31,000 nt of DNA from a virus (taxonomy: Duplodnaviria > Caudoviricetes). Positions 24,700 to 31,000 of the stretch are shown piece after piece (within the stretch, counting starts at the first letter, position 1; the number at the start of each line of letters is the position of its first letter). The notes under the pieces were generated by a model. The model did no database searches and was not told where the DNA came from. It saw nothing but the letters and a program-made list of their open reading frames with translations. The DNA is taken from positions 1-31,000 of the IMG/VR virus record IMGVR_UViG_3300032301_000217; one strand, 5' to 3'. The position numbers and the translations under genes were made by a program.

Positions 24700-25442
24700 T
24701 GAGTTTCTACCTTCTGGACAATCCGCCCGCCTCACCACAGTTCTACCCGACGCGCACGAGTACGCCTACCTTCGCGGTCGGCGTACACACGAGCGAAGGC
24801 CCCACAGGTTCGGGAAGCGCTCGCAACCTTGCGGCGTTTATCGCGAGACGCACCGATCCGGGTAGCTATCACGTGATCGTCGACGCAGACGACACCATCT
24901 CAATGGTCCCGCCCGACTACACGACGTTCTCGGTAGCGGCGTCTGGTTACAACTCGCGCACCTGGCATATCTGCCTAGCTGGCCGATCGTCTGAACTAGA
25001 TCCCGACGACACGAATACTCAGGCGATGATCGTCAGGGCGGGCGCTGCGATTCGTGACCTGTGGAACTCGCAGGGCATCGCACTCTCAGCGGCCAAATGG
25101 ATCGGCACCGACGCTCTCAGCCGTCCCGGTCTGTTCTGTCACGGCGACGTTCAGCCGTGGGATCGGTCCGACGCGTGGACCCGTCACCCTGATCGATCAC
25201 GCCTTGACCAGATGCTGAGCGATGCAATCTCACCACCCATTCCACCAACACCAGAGGACGACGACGTGGCTTCAGTTCTAGGCAGAGATGCAAAGACCGG
25301 CACGATCTACCACATAAGCGGAGCGATAAAGGTTCCGCTTACCGAACAAGGATCGGTCGACGTGCTTATGTTCCTCGGCGTTAAGTGGCTCGGCGATGTC
25401 CACCCGCAATGGCTGAGCGCGCTCGGCACCGTCAAAGCATGA
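24699..25442 (+). CDS. Endolysin, N-acetylmuramoyl-L-alanine amidase (Amidase_2-like)
   Basis: GVHTSE, SYHVIVD, YN, CHGD...RSD Zn-amidase motifs; Pro/acidic linker and a short C-terminal domain. Confidence 0.85.
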   Translation: MSFYLLDNPPASPQFYPTRTSTPTFAVGVHTSEGPTGSGSARNLAAFIARRTDPGSYHVIVDADDTISMVPPDYTTFSVAASGYNSRTWHICLAGRSSELDPDDTNTQAMIVRAGAAIRDLWNSQGIALSAAKWIGTDALSRPGLFCHGDVQPWDRSDAWTRHPDRSRLDQMLSDAISPPIPPTPEDDDVASVLGRDAKTGTIYHISGAIKVPLTEQGSVDVLMFLGVKWLGDVHPQWLSALGTVKA

Positions 25443-25672
25443 ATCCGGAGCCGATCATCGCAGCGGCAGTAGCGGGAATCTTCGCCTTCGCTGGCATCGT
25501 CTGGCAGTCACGCAAAACGCGACGAATCAACACCCGAGAGCACGACTTCAACGCGACGAAGCTGGACCGGATCGAAGGCAGCGTCGAGCGTGTCGCCACC
25601 AAGGTTGACAATCTGAGCGTTCGCCAAGACCGCCACGAGGATCTCCACCATCGCGGCCGTCGTCGTTTCTAG
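25439..25672 (+). CDS. Single-TM coiled-coil protein (holin/lysis accessory candidate)
   Basis: MNPEPIIAAAVAGIFAFAGIVW then a coiled coil; ATGA-coupled to the endolysin. Confidence 0.65.
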   Translation: MNPEPIIAAAVAGIFAFAGIVWQSRKTRRINTREHDFNATKLDRIEGSVERVATKVDNLSVRQDRHEDLHHRGRRRF

Positions 25673-25700
25673 TTCTTGACCCTCAAGCATTGGCGGGCGA

Positions 25701-26525
25701 ATGACTGAATCGCGAACGCATCTCCTAATACCCGACTGCCAAGTTCAGGCAGGGCCGGAATACATAACGGATCATCTCGGATGGATCGGCCAATACTGGC
25801 TAGATCACCGCTCCGAGATTGACGCAACGATCTGTATCGGCGACTTCAGCGATATGAGTTCGCTCTCCAGTTTCGACCGCGGCAAGAAATCCGCAGAGGG
25901 TCGGCGAATCGTCGCCGACTTTGAAGCGACACGCGCAGCGATGGCGACACTCCTCGGACCGCTCACGAAATACAACGCGAAGCGGCGCCGACATCACGAC
26001 CCGATCTACCGGCCGGAGATGCACCTCACGCTCGGCAATCATGAGCACCGAATCGACAAGGCGACAGAGGATCGCGCCGACCTTGACGGCGTGATATCTA
26101 CACGGGATCTCGGCTACGAAGAGGCAGGCTGGACAGTCCACCCGTTTCTAGACGTGCTCCAGCTCGACGGCCTCGCGTACTCGCACTACTTCTACAACAC
26201 CGGCAACGGGCGCGCGATCTCCGGAAACATTGAGACTCGCCTACGCGCCATCGGCGCATCGTTCGTCCAGGGACATCAGCAGCAACTCGCGTGGGGTATG
26301 CGCTATGTCATGGGCCGCCCTCAGATGGGACTCGTCGCTGGCGCGTGCTACCTCGGGCGCTCGCCCGCTGAGTATCGCGGCCCACAGGCAGAGGAGTGGC
26401 GCGGAATCGTCATGCTGCGGAACGTGGCGGACGGCGGCTACGACTTGGAAACGGTAAGCCTCTCGACTCTTTGCGAACGCTACGAAGGGCGCTCGCTCGC
26501 CAAGTTCACACAGAAACTCTACTGA
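25701..26525 (+). CDS. Calcineurin-like metallophosphoesterase
   Basis: IPDxQ, GDxxD, GNHE, SH and GHxQ motifs. Confidence 0.88.
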   Translation: MTESRTHLLIPDCQVQAGPEYITDHLGWIGQYWLDHRSEIDATICIGDFSDMSSLSSFDRGKKSAEGRRIVADFEATRAAMATLLGPLTKYNAKRRRHHDPIYRPEMHLTLGNHEHRIDKATEDRADLDGVISTRDLGYEEAGWTVHPFLDVLQLDGLAYSHYFYNTGNGRAISGNIETRLRAIGASFVQGHQQQLAWGMRYVMGRPQMGLVAGACYLGRSPAEYRGPQAEEWRGIVMLRNVADGGYDLETVSLSTLCERYEGRSLAKFTQKLY

Positions 26526-26542
26526 TCGCAGGAGATCAAGCC

Positions 26543-26911
26543 GTGAGCAAGAAGAACCGCATAGACCCGAATATCGCGCAATGGGACTCCATCACGGCCG
26601 ACGCTCACGCGCTCGTCTACGGCGATAGGGGAGCGCTCTACGATCACCCGGCGATCGACTACTCCCGAACCGTTGACCTCTTTAACGCAATGGTGGAAGG
26701 CGCCGATCTCTCGCCCGCTGAGGGCGTTCTCTTCATGCTCTGCGTCAAGCTCTCGCGCCTCGGCCACGGGATCGGCCACGACTTCCCGCCGGAGATGCTC
26801 AGAGATTCAATCGTGGATCTCGCCGGATATGCGGAGTGCCTCTACGGCGTACTTACTTACGTTCCGCCAGAGATTGACGAGGACGAAGACGACGAGGACG
26901 AAGACGAATGA
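26543..26911 (+). CDS. DUF6378-like helical protein with an acidic tail
   Basis: GDRGALYDHP...FMLCVKLSR...DSIVDLAGYA; GTG start after AGGAG. Confidence 0.7.
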   Translation: MSKKNRIDPNIAQWDSITADAHALVYGDRGALYDHPAIDYSRTVDLFNAMVEGADLSPAEGVLFMLCVKLSRLGHGIGHDFPPEMLRDSIVDLAGYAECLYGVLTYVPPEIDEDEDDEDEDE

Positions 26912-27150
26912 GCGAAGCGGCGTGGGGCTGGAGCCTCTTCGCCGCTGAGTCGCTCGGTCTGCTCGCCTCGCTGACTCTGGTCGGACGGCTCCGCCTTTGG
27001 TGGGGCTGGCTCATTATCGCCGGAATGATCTCGGCGCCCTGGCTGGCTTACGGGCTGGCAACTAGTCGCGCCGGATTCGTCGCCCTGGCGACGCTCGGCC
27101 TCGGCGTAAATATCACGAACGCAATCCGATGGAAGGCAGATCCCGAATGA
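26908..27150 (+). CDS. Small three-TM membrane protein (PnuC-like half transporter)
   Basis: Three hydrophobic segments, WWGW...PWLAYG...GF...N..RW pattern. Confidence 0.55.
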   Translation: MSEAAWGWSLFAAESLGLLASLTLVGRLRLWWGWLIIAGMISAPWLAYGLATSRAGFVALATLGLGVNITNAIRWKADPE

Positions 27151-27485
27151 CTACGCCCGCTGTGTACCCGCTGACCGTTCGTATCGGTTCGACCGAGACC
27201 GTTTCGCTGACTTTGCAGGACTCGACCGGTACGGCCATCAATATCACCGGTCGCACTTACGCCGCCCAGATCCGCACGACCGCCGAGGCTGCGACAACGG
27301 TCGCCACGTTCGCGTGCTCGATCGTCTCCGCTGTCGCTGGCACAGTCTCGGCCACCTTGTCGGCCACGATCACGGGCGCACTATCCCCACAGTCCGCCGT
27401 ATGGGATCTCGTCGAAACCAACGGCGCCACAGTTACCACGCTTCTCGCCGGTCCGGTCACCGTTCAGCAGGGCGTCACGCGATGA
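27147..27485 (+). CDS. Ig-like virion/fibre adaptor protein
   Basis: INITG.T..AQIR...WDL....G...TLLAG.V.V...VTR; precedes the collagen gene. Confidence 0.65.
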   Translation: MTTPAVYPLTVRIGSTETVSLTLQDSTGTAINITGRTYAAQIRTTAEAATTVATFACSIVSAVAGTVSATLSATITGALSPQSAVWDLVETNGATVTTLLAGPVTVQQGVTR

Positions 27486-29455
27486 ACGACGCGATCACGC
27501 TCCGCACCTCGGACGCTGTGGTGGTTCGTGTCGGCGCCGATTCGGTGCGCGTCGTCGAGTCACCGACAAACGTCATCACCGCCGTCGGATCGAGCGTGTC
27601 CGGTCCTGTCGGCCCTCAAGGTGCCCAGGGCTTTCAAGGTGTCACCGGCGCACAGGGTTCGCAGGGCTTTCAGGGGACCGTCGGCGCTCAGGGTCCGCAA
27701 GGATTCCAAGGCAACCAGGGCGCCGCCGGTGCTCAGGGTAACCAAGGCTTCCAAGGCGCCGATGGTTACTTCGGCGACTTCGTCTACGACGACGCGTTCA
27801 CGCGTGCGAACTCGACGACGACGATCGGTGGATCGTGGACGACTCGAAATGGCACTTGGGGCATCGTCTCCAATACGGCTTATCAAGTCGCTGCGGGTGG
27901 TTCGTCGGCTGGCATTGTCACGATCGACGCAAGCAACACCCGACACCGTTCCTCGGCATTGTGCAACGGTGGCGCAGGAAACATTCAAGGCGTCGTCGTT
28001 CGTTATGCGGACGCCAATAATTACGTTTGGATGCAGGCCTCTCCTACCTTCGGGACTTGGAATCTTTACAAGCGAGTTTCTGGAGTAGCGACGTTCGTCG
28101 GTAACTGCGGCACGGCGTCGGTTAGCAATGCGAACGTGGCGCTGACCGCTGCGGGTACGACGTTCACGATGACGGTCAACGGCGCCAACGTCACTTCGTA
28201 CACGATCACCGACGCAGGAGTTCAGACTGGCACGAGCGCCGGTCTCTACATTGACGCCGCAGTTGTCGGGACTTCGTACACCTTCGACAATGCCAGCGTG
28301 AAAGCACTCGTCACAGGTGCGCAAGGTTTCCAAGGCGCTCAAGGTTTCCAAGGCGTTGCCGGTACAGGAACTCAAGGCCCGCAAGGTTTCCAAGGTCTGG
28401 CTGGTATTGAAGGCGCTCAAGGTTTCCAAGGCGTTGCCGGTACAGGAACTCAAGGCCCGCAAGGTTTCCAAGGTACTACTGGTACAGGAACTCAAGGCCC
28501 ACAGGGCTTTCAGGGTCTAGCCGGTACAGGAACTCAAGGTGCTCAGGGCTTTCAGGGTCTAGCCGGTACAGGAACTCAAGGTGCTCAGGGTTTCCAAGGA
28601 TTCCAAGGCGCTCAGGGTGCTGGTTCCTCCTCAGCAAAGACCCGCAAGTTAGTGACAACTCAGACTTACACGTTGCTACTTACAGACGTAGACAAGATGC
28701 TTTACTTCTCCTACTACGGCGGGACCGTTACTGTCACCGTTCCGTTTATGAACGGGCAAACTGTCGGTTCGGAATACGAACTAATTCGGCCATCAGGTAA
28801 CGGCGATCTCACAATTGTTGGAGAGACATCATTAGACGATTCTGTCAACATCAACAACCTTTCAAGCGTTACTGCAACTTCGACAAGCCTACGAACTATC
28901 TTTTTGCAGCCGTATATCGACGATTCCAGCGATAATTGGAACGCTTGGGGAGACATTGACACGACGCAAGGCCCGCTTTCAACGGCTTCTCTAAGTGTCA
29001 GATCTGCAACTTCAAGCTCTATCCCCGTCACCATCCTCGGCGCAGCGTCACAGACAGGCGACCTCCAGCAATGGAAGAACAGTTCGGCAACCGTTCTCGC
29101 CTCGGTTAGCTCAGGCGGTGGCGCACGCTTCACACCACGAGTAACGACAATCACCAGCTCGGCTACGCCGACAATCAACACCGACAACTGTGATGCCGTA
29201 ACGATTACAGCATTAGCGGCAGCAATCACGTCGATAACCACGAACCTCACCGGCACGCCAAACAACTTCGACCGGCTCACCTTCAGGATTAAAGACAATG
29301 GAACAGCACGCGCTATTACTTGGGGTGCCAAGTTTGTCGCTGGTGGCGTGGCACTCCCGACAACGACCGTTGTCTCTAAGGTTCTCACCGTCGGGTTCAT
29401 CTACGACACCGTGAAAGCGGCTTGGTCCTGTGTCGCCGTGGCGCAGGAGGTCTAA
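27482..29455 (+). CDS. Collagen-like tail fibre/decoration protein with a lectin-like domain
   Basis: Two Gly-X-Gln blocks flank a beta-sandwich domain (DDAFTRAN...FDN); further beta-rich C-terminal modules. ATG 27482 overlaps the previous stop. Confidence 0.85.
   Translation: MNDAITLRTSDAVVVRVGADSVRVVESPTNVITAVGSSVSGPVGPQGAQGFQGVTGAQGSQGFQGTVGAQGPQGFQGNQGAAGAQGNQGFQGADGYFGDFVYDDAFTRANSTTTIGGSWTTRNGTWGIVSNTAYQVAAGGSSAGIVTIDASNTRHRSSALCNGGAGNIQGVVVRYADANNYVWMQASPTFGTWNLYKRVSGVATFVGNCGTASVSNANVALTAAGTTFTMTVNGANVTSYTITDAGVQTGTSAGLYIDAAVVGTSYTFDNASVKALVTGAQGFQGAQGFQGVAGTGTQGPQGFQGLAGIEGAQGFQGVAGTGTQGPQGFQGTTGTGTQGPQGFQGLAGTGTQGAQGFQGLAGTGTQGAQGFQGFQGAQGAGSSSAKTRKLVTTQTYTLLLTDVDKMLYFSYYGGTVTVTVPFMNGQTVGSEYELIRPSGNGDLTIVGETSLDDSVNINNLSSVTATSTSLRTIFLQPYIDDSSDNWNAWGDIDTTQGPLSTASLSVRSATSSSIPVTILGAASQTGDLQQWKNSSATVLASVSSGGGARFTPRVTTITSSATPTINTDNCDAVTITALAAAITSITTNLTGTPNNFDRLTFRIKDNGTARAITWGAKFVAGGVALPTTTVVSKVLTVGFIYDTVKAAWSCVAVAQEV
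28316..28624 (+). repeat. Collagen-coding tandem repeats (42-nt unit)
   Basis: GGTACAGGAACTCAAGG at 28361, 28439, 28481, 28523 and 28565. Confidence 0.9.
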
Positions 29456-30102
29456 TGCCGACCCCCGTTTATCTTGGCGAGATCGGTACGAACTACGTCG
29501 TTACCTCTGCTTCGACTCAGACGATCACGACCACAGCAGAAGTACCCGCTGGCGCGACTCTGTTTGTTACATCACGCGCTGGATTTAGCATCTTTGTTTC
29601 ATCAGTCACCGATTCAAATAGCAACACCTATCGGCTTGTGAGCAAATCAACAGGTGTGAATACTGCGTCAATGTTTGCTACCCGGCTTCCTGTCGCCCTT
29701 GCTTCGGGCAGTTCAATAACCGTCACCTACAGCGGTACTACCGGTGTCATTCAATCAAACGCTTTTGCGTTTACCGATCTCACCCTCGACGGCACCGTCT
29801 CAGCGACAACTCCAGCAAACGGCACCTCAGCGACCACAGGGTCAGTCACTCCCGCTCAATACTCAGGCGTCGTAATTTCTCTGATTACGTTCAACGGTAC
29901 CGCTGGTGCTCCGACGTTGGCGACAGCTAACGGGCTTACAGCCGCCACGTTCACAGGAACTCAGCAGCAGGGAATGGCGTACCGAATCACAAACGACCGG
30001 ACCTCACGTTCTGTGGTCTGGTCCCAAGCAACTTCCCGTAACTGGGGTTCTGTGATCGTCGCCCTTGACGCCGTGAACTCCGACTTCCTCGCCCTCTTCT
30101 AA
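29455..30102 (+). CDS. Ser/Thr-rich beta protein, probable fibre/receptor-binding accessory
   Basis: 215 aa; TAATG overlap; AGGAGG RBS. Confidence 0.7.
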   Translation: MPTPVYLGEIGTNYVVTSASTQTITTTAEVPAGATLFVTSRAGFSIFVSSVTDSNSNTYRLVSKSTGVNTASMFATRLPVALASGSSITVTYSGTTGVIQSNAFAFTDLTLDGTVSATTPANGTSATTGSVTPAQYSGVVISLITFNGTAGAPTLATANGLTAATFTGTQQQGMAYRITNDRTSRSVVWSQATSRNWGSVIVALDAVNSDFLALF

Positions 30103-30111
30103 GGAAACCTA

Positions 30112-30336
30112 ATGCCAGAACTACCCGCAGAGCAGAAACGTCAGATACTTGAATCACGCCTATCGGCCTTCGCCCTTGACGCCTACGGCCACGAACTCAA
30201 CAGGGCCGCAGCGATCGCCGTCGACGACTCCGAAGCGGTCACCGTCGCCGACCTCGCCCTGGTCACGATTGCCACCACGACCGCCACCTACGAGGCAGAG
30301 CTGGCAGCGCTACCCGTGGAAGCGCCGACCGAATGA
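30112..30336 (+). CDS. Hypothetical helical protein
   Basis: AAGGAA RBS; 74 aa. Confidence 0.7.
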   Translation: MPELPAEQKRQILESRLSAFALDAYGHELNRAAAIAVDDSEAVTVADLALVTIATTTATYEAELAALPVEAPTE

Positions 30337-30461
30337 CCATCACCGAGACACGCCCCGACGTGATCGAGATCCCGATCTACGAAGACGACGAACTAGACGA
30401 CGACGAGCGCGAGTTCGTCGACCCGAACGCACTACCCGACCATCCCGAATGGGGACTGTAA
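30333..30461 (+). CDS. 42-aa acidic peptide (not in the ORF track)
   Basis: MTITETRPDVIEIPIYEDDELDDDEREFVDPNALPDHPEWGL; ATGA overlap upstream, abuts the holin ATG. Confidence 0.55.
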   Translation: MTITETRPDVIEIPIYEDDELDDDEREFVDPNALPDHPEWGL

Positions 30462-30716
30462 ATGTTGACACTCGACTTTCTAAAGAACGCCGCCGAACGC
30501 GCCGCCAAGACGGCCGCTCAATCGGCCCTACTCGCCATCGGAGCGGCTCAAGGTTTCGACCTCTTCGCTCTTGACTGGCGCAACGTGGCAGGCGCCGCGA
30601 TCGGCGGAGCCGTGCTTTCGCTCCTGACCTCGATCGTCTCGTCACCGCTCGGAGCGGTCCACGGATCGCCGTCACTCGTGGCGCCGATCGTCGGACCAGT
30701 AACGCCGCCCGTCTGA
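30462..30716 (+). CDS. Holin (r1t family)
   Basis: AERAAKTAAQ...DW...AVLSLLTSIVS.......PSL signature. Confidence 0.9.
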   Translation: MLTLDFLKNAAERAAKTAAQSALLAIGAAQGFDLFALDWRNVAGAAIGGAVLSLLTSIVSSPLGAVHGSPSLVAPIVGPVTPPV

Positions 30717-30726
30717 GACAAGTTCT

Positions 30727-30841
30727 CCGGCTCAACCACCGCGACTCCTGCGTCGCGGAATGGCGCAAAAGCGCCCACAACCGAGCCGGTCGCAAGAGCG
30801 CCGCGCCTCCCTTGAATGGGATTGGCGCGGCGCTCTTTGCG
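30727..30841 (+). other. Three-way-junction RNA structure followed by a probable bidirectional terminator
   Basis: CCGGCTC/GAGCCGG (30727-30789) encloses CCGCGAC/GTCGCGG and GGCGC/GCGCC hairpins; a long hairpin follows (30791-30841) between convergent genes. Confidence 0.55.
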
Positions 30842-30843
30842 TT
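30770..30843 (+). repeat. Direct repeat, right copy of 1-74
   Basis: 73/74 identity to positions 1-74. Confidence 0.95.
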
Positions 30844-31000
30844 ATCGGGCGGACCTTCTCGCCGCATTGAACTGGCGCTGATACTCAGCGAGAGCGTCAA
30901 GGCAGGCGCGGTCTAGAGGTTCATTCTTTCGGCGGTGGCGCTTCGCCGCAGCGTAGGTGCCACACGGCGCCAGCGCCCGAGGAGCTCCACCGCGCACCCT
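30842..31000 (-). CDS. Partial gene (C-terminus only) for a PCGT...RH...EP-type actinophage protein
   Basis: Minus strand reads ...LAPCGTYAAAKRHRRKNEPLDRACLDALAEYQRQFNAARRSAR*, with the stop at 30844-30842; the start is outside the window. Confidence 0.7.
   Translation of the reverse strand, partial: RVRGGAPRALAPCGTYAAAKRHRRKNEPLDRACLDALAEYQRQFNAARRSAR

Larger units (their letters stand above)
1..31000 (+). mobile_element. Near-complete siphovirus genome (HK97-like head, probable actinobacterial host)
   Basis: Contiguous co-oriented phage modules: replication, terminase, portal, protease, capsid, tail, tape measure and lysis. WhiB and an r1t-type holin point to Actinomycetota. No host housekeeping genes are seen. 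Confidence 0.95.

Noticed and set aside
27560-29400. Long minus-strand ORFs (27560-28495, 28714-29400)
   Set aside because: Antisense shadows of the collagen/fibre gene, with repetitive translation mirroring the Gly-X-Gln codons.
27482-30102. Diversity-generating retroelement acting on the fibre genes
   Set aside because: No reverse transcriptase and no template/variable repeat pair differing at adenines was seen.

Overview
The window holds an almost complete (~31 kb), GC-rich siphovirus genome that is very probably an actinobacteriophage, given its WhiB gene, r1t-type holin, Cas4-like exonuclease and leaderless-type promoters. Essentially all genes are on the + strand. The order is: early/replication module (181-8848), HNH, putative cos region, a stand-alone second primase domain and terminase (9061-11816), HK97-type head (11949-15461), a glycosyltransferase plus methyltransferase inserted in the head module, neck/tail genes (17401-24699), amidase endolysin, a metallophosphoesterase/DUF6378/membrane trio, a collagen-like fibre cluster and a holin (to 30716). 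A 74-bp hairpin-containing direct repeat sits at both ends (1-74 and 30770-30843), and a partial minus-strand phage gene follows the right copy. No integrase, repressor, tRNA, CRISPR array or reverse transcriptase is visible. The head module is the most unusual part. It has (i) a HiPIP-like four-cysteine [4Fe-4S] domain fused to the prohead protease, (ii) a capsid-leader RNA with two identical 6x6 internal loops, (iii) a hairpin/pseudoknot followed by a nested pair of overlapping ORFs, and (iv) a glycosyltransferase-methyltransferase pair. All family assignments come from motif recognition by eye, not database searches.
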